Positions 1-10,060 of a stretch of DNA of 64,000 nt are shown here, in pieces. The stretch is taken from IMG/VR virus record IMGVR_UViG_3300037340_000044, positions 1-64,000 of that record. One strand, written 5' to 3'. This DNA is from a virus. The position numbers and the translations under genes are program-made. Below the pieces are notes generated by a model that was given only the letters and a program-made list of their open reading frames with translations, was not told the DNA's origin and did no database searches. Numbering within the stretch: the stretch's first letter is position 1; every line of letters begins with the position of its first letter.

Positions 1-476
<476 letters not shown>

Positions 477-694
477 ACATCATCCCCTCAGTCGTGTTCT
501 TCGTGGCCGGTTTGATAGCTGTGTGGCGGATGATCCGGGAACGGCCACTCTAGCGAGCCCCGTGCTGAGTTATCTCTCACCGTGAAATTAGGAGGATGGG
601 ACATGGCCGAACGAGCTGATGCCGCAACCGGCCGAAGATTGGGACGATCCCAGAGACTGACCAGGTCACACAACACCACTGGAGGACACCACCG

Positions 695-1051
695 ATGAGA
701 GATTGCAAGAGTGCAGCGAAAAAGCTTCGTGAACTGGCCGACGATCTGGAGGCAGCCCAAGCGGAAATGATCCAGCCGGTAGATGCCGGTATCAGCATTC
801 CGAACGCGGCGAAGAAGCTGCGCGATGCGAGCGGTGGAAAATACATTTGCATAAAGATGGAGCTGACGGTGCATACCGACGGCCGAGCAGTGCCGAATTG
901 GGCAACCTATATCGACGATTCGGACTGGTCCACTGGCTTTCCGACGCTGGCGGCGGCGATCAACTCGCGGCTCGCCGGCATGGTTGATGAGCCGGTTGAT
1001 GCGATTCAGGCAGTTGAGTCTACGATGGTCGCGTCAGAAGCGCCATTTTGA
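695..1051 (+). CDS. Hypothetical protein
   Basis: GGAGG upstream; 118 aa ORF. Confidence 0.7.
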   Translation: MRDCKSAAKKLRELADDLEAAQAEMIQPVDAGISIPNAAKKLRDASGGKYICIKMELTVHTDGRAVPNWATYIDDSDWSTGFPTLAAAINSRLAGMVDEPVDAIQAVESTMVASEAPF

Positions 1052-1286
1052 CCCCATCGCGGCCCCACAGAAGGGTCCAACGACGGGAGAGGAAACGGGT
1101 TGTACTGCCCTAGGGCCCTCTGGCCGGTTCAATGCCCGGCCCTCCCGACTGCCAGCGTGCGGGGGAAATTGCTGGGCTTAAAAAGGCCACCCCCGAAGCT
1201 TCAGCCGCGACCATGAGACGCGGTCTACGACCACGGGCCGGCGTGGGGAGCAAACCGGCCACTTTTCACACACGGAGAAACATGAC

Positions 1287-1664
1287 ATGAAACCTTCACC
1301 TGCGCCATGGGAAGCCGAGTCAAACGGCGGCCGCAAAGCCGATGAGACTTACTACGATGTTCGCGGGCCGGACGGCAAAGTGCTTTTCGACACCTGCAAC
1401 AGCGAAGTAATGGTGATCGAATCAGACCACGACGAAGACGGCTCGCATTATTGGGACGAACAGGGCCGCGTCAACATGCAACTCGCGGCAGCCGCGCCGG
1501 ACATGCTGGAACTGCTCAGAGACTACGAACGCTGGCAAGGCGACCTAGTGCTATGCGACGAAGCTTGGCGGAACAGCCTGCCGACACTGACTTATGAGAT
1601 GATGGACCGGCTGAACGAGCTTCAACTGCGCCGGAACGCCATCATCGCCAAAGCCACGAAATAA
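1287..1664 (+). CDS. Phage hypothetical protein (PAPW...NMQLAAAAPDMLELL family)
   Basis: GGAG RBS; common phage N-terminal PxPW and AAAPDL-type motifs. Confidence 0.8.
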   Translation: MKPSPAPWEAESNGGRKADETYYDVRGPDGKVLFDTCNSEVMVIESDHDEDGSHYWDEQGRVNMQLAAAAPDMLELLRDYERWQGDLVLCDEAWRNSLPTLTYEMMDRLNELQLRRNAIIAKATK

Positions 1665-1693
1665 ACCGGTCCACTTTTAGGAGAACACGACAC

Positions 1694-2209
1694 ATGGAAC
1701 CGGCCACTCTTGAACCCCGTCCGCGCCGCGCGTTGCATGCCATCGCTGCGGAAATCGACGCGCTAATCAACGATGACGGCGAGTTGTGCGATGATGCCGA
1801 GGCGCTGCTTGATGCGCTCGGCATGGACCTGGAATCCAAGCTGGAATCGTGCGTCGGAGCCGTGCGCAATTTCGCTGCTGACGCGGCCGCGCTGAAAGCC
1901 GAAGCCGATCATTTCGCCAAGCGTGCGCAGGTCGCAGCGGCTGCGGAAAAGCGGCTCAAGACGTACATGCTGAATGTGCTGCAACACCTCAACATTCAGA
2001 AGATCGACGCGGGCAAGTGGAAGCTGCGCATCCAGGCCAACAGCGTGCCTACGACGACATTCGAGGGCGACCCGATGGACCTGCCCAGCGCGTTCCAGCG
2101 GGTCAAAGTCGATCTAAACGCGGCGGTATGCGTGGATGCTTGGAAGGCCGGCGATCCGCTGCCGGACGGAGTGAAAGTGGAGAAGCACAACCATCTGAGG
2201 ATCACATGA
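1694..2209 (+). CDS. Siphovirus Gp157-family protein
   Basis: LESKLESCVGAVRNF..AAALKAEA..F.KR....EKRLKTYM, C-terminal LPDGVKVE.HNHLRI. Confidence 0.85.
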   Translation: MEPATLEPRPRRALHAIAAEIDALINDDGELCDDAEALLDALGMDLESKLESCVGAVRNFAADAAALKAEADHFAKRAQVAAAAEKRLKTYMLNVLQHLNIQKIDAGKWKLRIQANSVPTTTFEGDPMDLPSAFQRVKVDLNAAVCVDAWKAGDPLPDGVKVEKHNHLRIT

Positions 2210-3057
2210 GCGACGAACACGAGAAGCCCGAGAACGTGCCTACGGCATTCGACCCGGTTTCGGGGTGGTGTAAGGTCTGGCACAAGCGCGGCGTGCAGGT
2301 GACGGTTCCTCTCCGAGGCGAGATATCGACGTTCGCTGAGCAAATCGAATCTCTGTTTGCGTGGGGATTCACGGCGGAATGTCCTGGGCTGGAGGAAGGG
2401 GAAGAAAAGGATCACGTCGCCTACGTCCTGCGCGGCGGATCAGAGCACGACGGCAAGGTGACTCCCTTCGTGCTGCTGTACTCGACAAATGACGCATACA
2501 CCTGGAGCTTCCTCAAGGTGTACATGAACAAGCCGGAGGATATCGCGGCATTCGAGTTCGCCAGCAAGACAAAGCTGGATAAGCTGCCCGATTACGTGGG
2601 CAATGATAAGCCACAGCGTGGGGCGAGCGTCAAGACCGACGCCTACATCGTCAAGGTTCCTAAGCCCTTCGGCGTGGTGTTCAAGAAGAACCCCAAACAC
2701 GATGACACCGAGGCCGGCAAGATGAAGCCCGCTCGCCTGTTCGTCCGCTGGGCCGACATGAAGCCAGTGAGCGAGCAACCAACAGCCGCCAAACCTGCCG
2801 ACGCTGGCGATGTCAACGCGAAGGTGATGGAAGAGCTAGCCGCCCGCTTGGCAGCCGATCCAACGGTGGCAGCGATCAACGACGAACTACTTCCGTGGCT
2901 TCGCAAGCAGGGCCGCGAGACGGCGATTGCGGGCTTCAAGAAGGTCAAGGATACACTGGAGCTTCATGGCGTGCGTTGGGATAAGGAACGCAAGATATTC
3001 CACACGCCTGCGGCAGCAAACAATGCGGAGTTCGACGAGTTCGCAGGGAGCGTTTGA
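2206..3057 (+). CDS. Hypothetical protein (recombination-module position)
   Basis: ATG overlaps the Gp157 stop (ATGA), GAGG RBS; acidic C-terminus; the ORF-track start at 2017 overlaps the upstream gene. Confidence 0.75.
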   Translation: MSDEHEKPENVPTAFDPVSGWCKVWHKRGVQVTVPLRGEISTFAEQIESLFAWGFTAECPGLEEGEEKDHVAYVLRGGSEHDGKVTPFVLLYSTNDAYTWSFLKVYMNKPEDIAAFEFASKTKLDKLPDYVGNDKPQRGASVKTDAYIVKVPKPFGVVFKKNPKHDDTEAGKMKPARLFVRWADMKPVSEQPTAAKPADAGDVNAKVMEELAARLAADPTVAAINDELLPWLRKQGRETAIAGFKKVKDTLELHGVRWDKERKIFHTPAAANNAEFDEFAGSV

Positions 3058-3058
3058 A

Positions 3059-3334
3059 ATGACCCCTACACATGCATTAGCGGATATGTTCCACCTAAGC
3101 GACCGGCAAGCCGAGATTCTGGGCTTCATCATCGCTTACCTGGATCGGCACGGGTATCCGCCAAGCGTGCGCAATATTAGCGAGCGTTTCGGCATATATG
3201 GGACGAACGCCTGCCAACTATATTTGCACCCGCTGAGAAAGAAGGGCGCAATCCAGTGGGAGCCAGGCCACGCCCGCACGTTGCGGCCGATGGTTAAACT
3301 GATACATCCGAGTCAGCTTACGAGGACGCCATGA
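3059..3334 (+). CDS. LexA-type winged-helix DNA-binding protein lacking the peptidase domain
   Basis: LSDRQAEILGFI..YLDRHGYPPSVRNISERFG....L..LRKKGAI......ARTL matches the LexA N-domain. Confidence 0.88.
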   Translation: MTPTHALADMFHLSDRQAEILGFIIAYLDRHGYPPSVRNISERFGIYGTNACQLYLHPLRKKGAIQWEPGHARTLRPMVKLIHPSQLTRTP

Positions 3335-3603
3335 TAACTGCGGAACAATGGAAAGACGACAGTGAGTACAGTCGAGGCGATAAAAACGGAGAGCCGAGAC
3401 ATTGGACGCTACAACTGCCGTTCATCATCATCACGGTCCATCGCCATATCCACTACGAACCGGATAAATGGCTGATGAGTTGCGTGCAGCTAGGTTTCAA
3501 TAAGCGCGAGTTGTTCGCAAAGGATTCAGTACACGCCAGAGAGGAAGCACTGGATATTTGCCGAGATCTATGCCGAGAATACATGAAAGCACTAGAAATC
3601 TAA
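3331..3603 (+). CDS. Hypothetical protein
   Basis: ATGA overlap, GAGG RBS. Confidence 0.7.
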   Translation: MITAEQWKDDSEYSRGDKNGEPRHWTLQLPFIIITVHRHIHYEPDKWLMSCVQLGFNKRELFAKDSVHAREEALDICRDLCREYMKALEI

Positions 3604-3892
3604 CACGACTCGCCACATTCAAGGAGGATTGACCGATGAAGTGGTTCCTGCCGATCCAACTCGCGAGCCTGTTGTGGGGCAAGATTCATTGGAGCCGGAG
3701 AGGGCCGCCTAGGTCACTCTGGCGCGACACCGGATAAACGCGGGTTGACACCGGCTGAGCAGATCCTACCGATGACATGCAGAGCCCCGCTAAGGCAATC
3801 CGAACACGAGAAAACACCAGCCGACCGCGCATCTTTTCCTTTAGCGGGGCGAAGTCTAGGCCGGCGGCTGGTGCCTTTTACATGGAGGCAGT

Positions 3893-5020
3893 ATGTGCAG
3901 CATCAAAGGCATCGGTGCCCCGAAAAACTGGCAGAGTCTCAAGCGTTCCGAGCTGTCGGCCATGTTTCTCGACATGAACGAAGCCGATCACCACATGGTC
4001 ATTCACGACATGGAGAAATTCGGCTTTCGAGGCCGTCCTGTTCTTCTTCGCAATGGCGAGGTCATGGATGGGTGGCACCAGCTTTCCGGCGCTATCGATG
4101 CCAAGGTCACTCCGACATTCGAGGAGTTCGCCGGCACCGATGATGAGGCGTTCGCGGAGGCATGGCGCCGCAACGGGGCACGTCGCCACTACGATTCCAG
4201 TCAACGGGCCATGCTCGCGGCGATGGTGTCGAAACGTGGCGCCGGCCGTCCAGAAACGGGAAACTCTGCAAATTTGCAGAATTCTTTTCCAGCCGATGAA
4301 GCCGGCGAGATTATGAACGTCTCGCCGCGAAGCGTCCAGGACGCGAAGAAGGTCATCGATGAAGGAACACCGGCTCTGGCGCACGCCGTCCGCAACGGTT
4401 TCGTCTCCGTCTCGGATGCCGCGAAGATCGTTGACCAGCCAGCCAACGTGCAGAATGCTGCGGTCGCGGACGTGAAGAAAGGCAAAGCGAAAACGGCCAG
4501 CGGGGCCGTGAAAGCGAAGATTCTCTGCGAGCGCTGCCAACGCGTCGGCGAGACTGCGGACTGCGAAGCGTGCAAGGAGGCTCGCAAGAAGAAGCCGAAG
4601 AAGAAGGGCAAGCGGAAAAAGAAGGCGCCCGAGCCGCGTGCAGAAATCACGGACGCCCTCGGTCAGCCGCTGCCCGATCACCTGCGCGACGCGTTCGCCG
4701 ATCCGCAGCTCGGCCACCTGATCGAAGACTTAGAAGCCGCTGCCGAGATGATGATGCCGGAGCAGCAGCTTGTCCGCGCCTGCAAGCTGTGCGACCACTA
4801 CGGCTTCATACTGGCCGACAAGTTCAAGCAGCACGTCTACGACGCCCTGCATAGCCAACAGCTTGCAATCGAGGCGCTGAAAGCGGGAGTGCCGCACGCA
4901 ATCTGCCCGAAGTGCAAGGCGGTGGACAGCAAGAAGGACGGTAAGGTATGCCGGGGCTGCCGCGGCTTCGGATTCGTGCCGGTGCTTCGGTACGCGGAAC
5001 TGACAAAGGGGGCGCTGTAA
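3893..5020 (+). CDS. ParB-like N-domain plus HTH DNA-binding protein with Cys motifs
   Basis: GGAGG RBS; GEVMDGWHQ, NGARRHYDSSQRA, HTH EAGEIMNVSPRSVQDAKKV, G.VSVSDAAK; CxxC pairs near the C-terminus. Confidence 0.8.
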   Translation: MCSIKGIGAPKNWQSLKRSELSAMFLDMNEADHHMVIHDMEKFGFRGRPVLLRNGEVMDGWHQLSGAIDAKVTPTFEEFAGTDDEAFAEAWRRNGARRHYDSSQRAMLAAMVSKRGAGRPETGNSANLQNSFPADEAGEIMNVSPRSVQDAKKVIDEGTPALAHAVRNGFVSVSDAAKIVDQPANVQNAAVADVKKGKAKTASGAVKAKILCERCQRVGETADCEACKEARKKKPKKKGKRKKKAPEPRAEITDALGQPLPDHLRDAFADPQLGHLIEDLEAAAEMMMPEQQLVRACKLCDHYGFILADKFKQHVYDALHSQQLAIEALKAGVPHAICPKCKAVDSKKDGKVCRGCRGFGFVPVLRYAELTKGAL

Positions 5021-5021
5021 A

Positions 5022-5408
5022 ATGCGTGACATCAGCTGCCAAATCGGTAACCGCACCTTCTGGCTGCGATCCTGGGGAGTGTCGCCAATAGCGATGTTGC
5101 GGCGGCTTTGGTATGGCGCGTGCCAATTCTGGCGTTCGCGATATTACTGGGATTGCTGCGCCGAAGCATGGACGCGGACTCAGACCAATACAAACGCAAG
5201 ATGCTATTGTCCGGTCGGCTCAATCACAGAGTTTCGTGCGGCATGGCTTGGCTGCGGATTCTGGTTCGAGGTTCAACGCGGCGGCCCAGAGACGCCATGC
5301 CACTGCGACAAAATTATCTGGCTGCTGTTTCCAGATGGCTACCAGGATGAGATTGAGGAGTACGGGTTGGAGAGGTTGAAGGCTGAATACCCTGGAGTTG
5401 TGCCGTGA
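5022..5408 (+). CDS. Hypothetical Cys/Trp-rich protein
   Basis: Fills the gap between parB-like and helicase genes; overlaps the next start. Confidence 0.6.
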   Translation: MRDISCQIGNRTFWLRSWGVSPIAMLRRLWYGACQFWRSRYYWDCCAEAWTRTQTNTNARCYCPVGSITEFRAAWLGCGFWFEVQRGGPETPCHCDKIIWLLFPDGYQDEIEEYGLERLKAEYPGVVP

Positions 5409-6895
5409 ACCTCTTCGACTACATCGACGGCGGCGCAGAGCTTGCCACGGACAGTCGGCCAACGCTGCTGCCGATACAGCAGGACTTACTGACGCGCGGC
5501 CGCGCAGCCTACGTCAACGGCATTCGCCGCGTGCTGTGGCAGGCGCCGTGTGGCAGTGGTAAAACGGTGTGCGCCTCTGAGCAAACGCGGCTTGCACTGG
5601 AGAAAGACCGCACTGTCCTGCATATCGTGCATCGGCGGCGACTGGTGGATCAAATGCAGTGGACGCTCCAGAAGTTCGGCATCTTCGCCAGCCCGATCAT
5701 GGAAGGCCGACAGCAGTGGAAGTCGAGCGTCTACTGCGCGAGCCGAGATACGCTGTTGGCGATGCTCAAGAACGGCGTCGAAATGCCGACAGCAGATTTG
5801 ATCGTAATTGATGAGGCGCATGTGTCGAGCACGATGGTCAACGACTGGTATCTCAAGAACTGCCCCAATGCTTACTGGACAGGGTTCACGGCGAGTCCGA
5901 TCAAGCCAGACGGCAGTTCCTTGGCGCCGCCCTATCAGTCCTTGGTGTGCATGGCGCCCACGAGCAAGATGATTGAGCTTGGACGGCTGTGTCCGGTCAA
6001 GGTCTACAACCCGGATGCCGTTGGCCAGCGGCGCCGGCGCGGCGAGAAGGTCAAGCCGGTTGGCTGCCCCGTAGACCATTGGCGCAAATTTGCTAACGGG
6101 CTGGCGACGGTAGCATACTGTTCGACGGTGGCGGATTCTCGGACGCTTGTCGAGAAGTACCTGGCAGCCGGGATAGCTGCTGAGCATATCGACGCGAACA
6201 CGCCAGAGGACGAGCGGGAAGCGGTTTTCGAGCGCAGCCGACTCGGGCAAACAAAGGTAATCAGCAACTGCGGCGTGTTGATTGAAGGCGTCGATCTGCC
6301 CTGGCTTGTGTGCTGCCAGCTTCTACGCGGATGCAATTCGCTAGTGCTGTGGATACAAAGCACGGGCAGGGTAATGCGGGTATTCGCTGGAAAGGAATAC
6401 GGCATCATCCTGGATCATTCGGGGGCTGCACATGAGTTCCTGTTGGAACCGGAAGCGCCGTTCGATTACAAGTGGACCCTCGGTGACGAGGACGCCAACA
6501 AGAAAGCCAACGTGTTGCCCAAGGACAAGCGCGCTGTCACCTGCCCATCGTGCGGAGCGGTGTTTGCGAGCAAGCCGGCGTGCCCCGAGTGCGGGAAGAT
6601 ATTGCCGCGAAAGCTGCGCCCGTCAGCGGTCGAATCGGCGGCGAACGGCGACGGGGTGCTGACGGAGTTCAACGGCAAGCAATCCGAGCATCAGGCGATG
6701 GATAAGTTGGTGCGGCTGTTCAAGAAAGCCTACTACACGGCGAGAGCACGCGGGCAGTCAATGGGCGTGGCGGCAGCAATGTTTAAGCGGCAGGCGAAGG
6801 TGGCGCCGTGGAATGCGGGGTTGCCGCTTAATCTGCCGGGGCGCGGTGAGTGGCAGACGCCGGCTGCCGATTGGTCGTTAGAAGGGAGCGACTAA
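5405..6895 (+). CDS. Superfamily 2 DEAH helicase with C-terminal Zn ribbon
   Basis: QAPCGSGKT, IVIDEAH, GFTASP, EGVDLP, QSTGRVMR, CPSC...CPECG. Confidence 0.93.
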   Translation: MNLFDYIDGGAELATDSRPTLLPIQQDLLTRGRAAYVNGIRRVLWQAPCGSGKTVCASEQTRLALEKDRTVLHIVHRRRLVDQMQWTLQKFGIFASPIMEGRQQWKSSVYCASRDTLLAMLKNGVEMPTADLIVIDEAHVSSTMVNDWYLKNCPNAYWTGFTASPIKPDGSSLAPPYQSLVCMAPTSKMIELGRLCPVKVYNPDAVGQRRRRGEKVKPVGCPVDHWRKFANGLATVAYCSTVADSRTLVEKYLAAGIAAEHIDANTPEDEREAVFERSRLGQTKVISNCGVLIEGVDLPWLVCCQLLRGCNSLVLWIQSTGRVMRVFAGKEYGIILDHSGAAHEFLLEPEAPFDYKWTLGDEDANKKANVLPKDKRAVTCPSCGAVFASKPACPECGKILPRKLRPSAVESAANGDGVLTEFNGKQSEHQAMDKLVRLFKKAYYTARARGQSMGVAAAMFKRQAKVAPWNAGLPLNLPGRGEWQTPAADWSLEGSD

Positions 6896-7105
6896 ATGAG
6901 TGGCGAGACGCTTACCGTCGAATCTCTGGCCAGAGCGATCCATGAGGACCTTGCCGCGGCCAGCCTAAAAGTAACCGGCCGGCGGCCAAAGCTTCACCAA
7001 CGCGGCAGGATTTTGATATCCCCTTTGTTCGATGACTTGCCCCACGAGATCAAAGAAGTCCGCCGCGAGCAAGCCAGGCTGATGCTCAATCGGTGGATGA
7101 GATGA
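6896..7105 (+). CDS. Hypothetical protein
   Basis: Abuts the helicase stop; GGAG RBS. Confidence 0.6.
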   Translation: MSGETLTVESLARAIHEDLAAASLKVTGRRPKLHQRGRILISPLFDDLPHEIKEVRREQARLMLNRWMR

Positions 7106-7118
7106 AGGGAGCGTCAGG

Positions 7119-7370
7119 ATGGTGAGCAAGGATGAATTCATCGCCGCCTTCGCCGATGAGCTGCGCGGGCTACTTATGGAAAGTTTCGCTGAATCGCTCA
7201 AGGTCGGCGACCATGCGACGAATGGGCAGGCAATGGTTAGGCAGCTAAAGCGAGCGAACAACCTACTTGAACGATGCTACTTTAAGCTGGCAGGCCAACC
7301 GCCAGCGAAAGCGCCTGCAAACGGGCAGCCGGCGAGCGGCGTTAAACTTGGGGAGGCCGTGAAGAGATGA
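7119..7370 (+). CDS. Hypothetical protein
   Basis: GGAG RBS, operon position. Confidence 0.65.
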   Translation: MVSKDEFIAAFADELRGLLMESFAESLKVGDHATNGQAMVRQLKRANNLLERCYFKLAGQPPAKAPANGQPASGVKLGEAVKR

Positions 7371-7423
7371 ACGACAAAGACGTAAGTATTTAAGCGTGGC
7401 GTGGCATCGAAAGCGAGGAAGCC

Positions 7424-7636
7424 ATGAAGCTCACCGAATACCTCTCGGCCGATCTTGGCGCAGGAACGCCGTTCGTCGTGTTCGACGCGCGGTGTCCTCA
7501 CTGCGGAGTCCTGGTCACGAGCCGGAAGTTCCACGAAGCAACGGCCACGCCAGAGAGCCTAAAAGCGGCCGGTCTGCATGACTCGCTGGTGATGTATCTG
7601 CACTTGGCGACAGCCCATCCCACGGAGGGCCGGTGA
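7424..7636 (+). CDS. Hypothetical Zn-finger protein
   Basis: GAGG RBS; CPHC...HLATAH. Confidence 0.65.
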   Translation: MKLTEYLSADLGAGTPFVVFDARCPHCGVLVTSRKFHEATATPESLKAAGLHDSLVMYLHLATAHPTEGR

Positions 7637-7669
7637 AAATGATCTGCCCACATTGCAAGCGAGAAACCA

Positions 7670-7921
7670 ATGAGCAGCGTACAGCTTTGCCGCCTGGGGT
7701 CGATGGTCTATCCGATCATGCTGACGCAGGAGGCTGGACAAATAAGCGAAGCAAAGGCCGCCGAGCTAATCGGGCTCGACATCGTGACGTACCGCGAGCA
7801 GAAAGCGAAAGCGATCCAAGCGATTCTCACGATGCTCGAAGAATTACCATCGCCGTTGATCTTGCTTCTGGCCGATATGAAGGGCCGGCCCGTGTCATCG
7901 ACGAAAGAAGGCGAATCGTAG
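7670..7921 (+). CDS. Small HTH-like hypothetical protein
   Basis: GQISEAKAAELIGLDIVTYRE resembles a short HTH. Confidence 0.55.
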   Translation: MSSVQLCRLGSMVYPIMLTQEAGQISEAKAAELIGLDIVTYREQKAKAIQAILTMLEELPSPLILLLADMKGRPVSSTKEGES

Positions 7922-8035
7922 CTTTCCCGTGGCAAGGAAAGCCTTGGCATCAGGTGATGCTGGCAGAATCTGAGTGGCCATTGGAGACAGCCCATCCCGG
8001 AACCTGAGTTGATCCACCTGATACGAGGTTAAGCG

Positions 8036-8245
8036 ATGACTGAAAGCTACGAACGCGAGATGGGCGAGCGGTATGTGGCCGAACTGGACGCCGCTGCTGA
8101 ATTGCTCCAGCGTGTGCATTATATAGGCTTAGTGAAAGCAATCGGCAGGCTAGAGGTCGTGAAGGCGTTGGAAGACATTGTGGCGGAAGTCGAAAAACTG
8201 AGGGCACACGCGGAGAAAGACGATGGAAGAGGAGCACCTGATTGA
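8036..8245 (+). CDS. Hypothetical protein
   Basis: GAGGT RBS. Confidence 0.6.
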   Translation: MTESYEREMGERYVAELDAAAELLQRVHYIGLVKAIGRLEVVKALEDIVAEVEKLRAHAEKDDGRGAPD

Positions 8246-8405
8246 CGCCGACTGTGGCTGCAAGATGTTCTGGAAGGACATGGGGCCGGATTACGAACAA
8301 CGATTCCAGTTCTGCGAATACCACGAAAAGATGGCCGCGCCGCTGCGAAAGCTGCTGGCGGATTTCGAGCTTGTGTTTTCGGACATAACCAAGGAGACGA
8401 CATGA
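8223..8405 (+). CDS. Hypothetical protein
   Basis: CGC...FCEYH..AAPLR..L; overlaps neighbours. Confidence 0.6.
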   Translation: MEEEHLIDADCGCKMFWKDMGPDYEQRFQFCEYHEKMAAPLRKLLADFELVFSDITKETT

Positions 8406-8968
8406 AGAAACAACCCGCCGCTCCATCGCTTCCTGGCATGGAGCAGGCAACACCGACCGACCATCCGCCAGCACTCGCCGAATCGAAGTGCTACGTCTGT
8501 GGCTACCCAATCGGCACTCGGCACGAAACGGCATGGGATGATGGCAAGCTTCGTCACGAGGACTGCAAAAAGCCAGCGTGGAAGCCAGAGGCCGGCGACG
8601 ATCCGCGAACAGCCCCTGCCGAGCATCATCCGTTGGCTGGCGCTCTGGCGGCGACGTTCGGACGCGACGAACCGGCGGCAAAGTTTCCCGGCAATGGCGT
8701 TAAAGACGTGATTGTCGCCGTCTGCTTCGTCTGCGGCATGCCGGTTTACAAAAACGATTCTGTGCTGGATTCTGGCAGGATACGGCATTCCCAATGCGAA
8801 CTGCCGCCGATTGCGGAACAACCGGTGCCGAAGAAAAAGGCCAAGCGTGAAACTGATCCGATGCTGCGATCCGTCGCCAAGCTGGACCGGTTGCTGGCGG
8901 AAATGAAGCCCGGCATGCAGCGATGGGCCGTGATGTGGCTCAGTGAGAAGTACGGAGGGCAATCGTGA
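8402..8968 (+). CDS. Protein with two CxxC...HxxC Zn-finger repeats
   Basis: CYVCGYPI...DGKLRHEDC and CFVCGMPV...SGRIRHSQC; AAGGAG RBS. Confidence 0.75.
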   Translation: MKKQPAAPSLPGMEQATPTDHPPALAESKCYVCGYPIGTRHETAWDDGKLRHEDCKKPAWKPEAGDDPRTAPAEHHPLAGALAATFGRDEPAAKFPGNGVKDVIVAVCFVCGMPVYKNDSVLDSGRIRHSQCELPPIAEQPVPKKKAKRETDPMLRSVAKLDRLLAEMKPGMQRWAVMWLSEKYGGQS

Positions 8969-9201
8969 GCTATATCCGTTTCGATGGCGGCGGCGAGTCT
9001 CTGAGCGGCAAGACGCGCGTCTGGCTCGTGATGAGCAAAAGCCAAGATGCTCGCCTGGGTCGTATTGCCTGGGATGGCAAATGGCGTCAGTATGTCTTTG
9101 AGCCAGACATGGGCACGATCTGGTCCCACGATTGCCTTGAGGACGTGCGGCAGTTCCTTAAGAATGCCAATGACGAGCACAAAAGGAAAGGGCAGCCGTG
9201 A
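8965..9201 (+). CDS. Phage hypothetical protein
   Basis: KTRVW.V....LGRI.W...WRQYVF.P..T.WS..CL; GGAGG RBS. Confidence 0.75.
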   Translation: MSYIRFDGGGESLSGKTRVWLVMSKSQDARLGRIAWDGKWRQYVFEPDMGTIWSHDCLEDVRQFLKNANDEHKRKGQP

Positions 9202-9539
9202 AGATCGTCAACGAGTCCGTGCTTGATCTGTTTCGCGGTCATGGACGCTGCGAACTGTGCCACAGGTCTTGCACGGCACGTGAGCCGCATCATATTTGGG
9301 CAAAAGGCATCGGAGGTGGCGGAAGACTGGACGTGCGTATAAACCTTGTGGCCCTCGGCGCAACGGCAAGCTGGCAGTGCGAGTGCCACACGCGAATACA
9401 CAACGGCGGCCTGAAGCGCGACGAGTTGCTGATAATCGTGGCGTTGCGGGAGGGGATTACGACGGCAATGATCGTGGACAGGATCAACGAACTACGCCGG
9501 CTACCCAAAGAAAGCGAGCGACCATCATGGGCGACGTAA
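9198..9539 (+). CDS. HNH-like Zn-binding nuclease
   Basis: CELC....EPHH...KGIGGG..D..INLVAL....CHTRIH. Confidence 0.75.
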   Translation: MKIVNESVLDLFRGHGRCELCHRSCTAREPHHIWAKGIGGGGRLDVRINLVALGATASWQCECHTRIHNGGLKRDELLIIVALREGITTAMIVDRINELRRLPKESERPSWAT

Positions 9540-9703
9540 GCGATCGCGAAAAGCAACTTGAGGAAGCATTGGCCGGAATGTTAGCATGGCAGGCCGAATA
9601 TGTCAATGAAATGATGCCCCATGAACTTGGCGACAAGGTGCGGTCTCTGCTCGGCGAAAAAGTCGTGGATGACATAATTTATGCTCCGCGACGGCGGGGA
9701 TAA
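9527..9703 (+). CDS. Hypothetical protein
   Basis: ATG overlapping the upstream gene end; helical protein. Confidence 0.55.
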   Translation: MGDVSDREKQLEEALAGMLAWQAEYVNEMMPHELGDKVRSLLGEKVVDDIIYAPRRRG

Positions 9704-9715
9704 CCAAAGGAGCCG

Positions 9716-10060
9716 ATGATTGTGAGCATGACCAATGACATCCGCAAGCGTTTCCGGTCGCGCGACGACCATCATCCCGACTGCAACAAGCGGCACCACA
9801 TGGCCGATGACGCTGTGGCTTGCGATTGTTACGCGAACCGGGACTGCCGGACGCATGAAGTTCTCGACAACATCGAAGCTGCTTTAGAGGCCGGAAAGCA
9901 ACTGGCGGAAGCGTGCCGGCTCCGAATCGAAGATCATCAATGCGCCCAGTTGTGCGATGGGCCGCACGAAGGCTGCCCGTGCTGGTATTGCCGGTGCTGG
10001 GCCGCTCTCGCCGCGTGGGACGAACTGGAGGGCCGCAATGCCGCCGAACGTGATAGCTGA
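9716..10060 (+). CDS. Cys/His-rich hypothetical protein
   Basis: AAAGGAG RBS; ends ALAAWDELE. Confidence 0.65.
   Translation: MIVSMTNDIRKRFRSRDDHHPDCNKRHHMADDAVACDCYANRDCRTHEVLDNIEAALEAGKQLAEACRLRIEDHQCAQLCDGPHEGCPCWYCRCWAALAAWDELEGRNAAERDS

Noticed and set aside
1084-1154. Functional tRNA gene
   Set aside because: Too short, with no recognisable D or anticodon arms; kept only as a tRNA-like finding
4265-4280. Palindrome as an E. coli-type SOS box
   Set aside because: Spacing is CTG-N8-CAG, not CTG-N10-CAG
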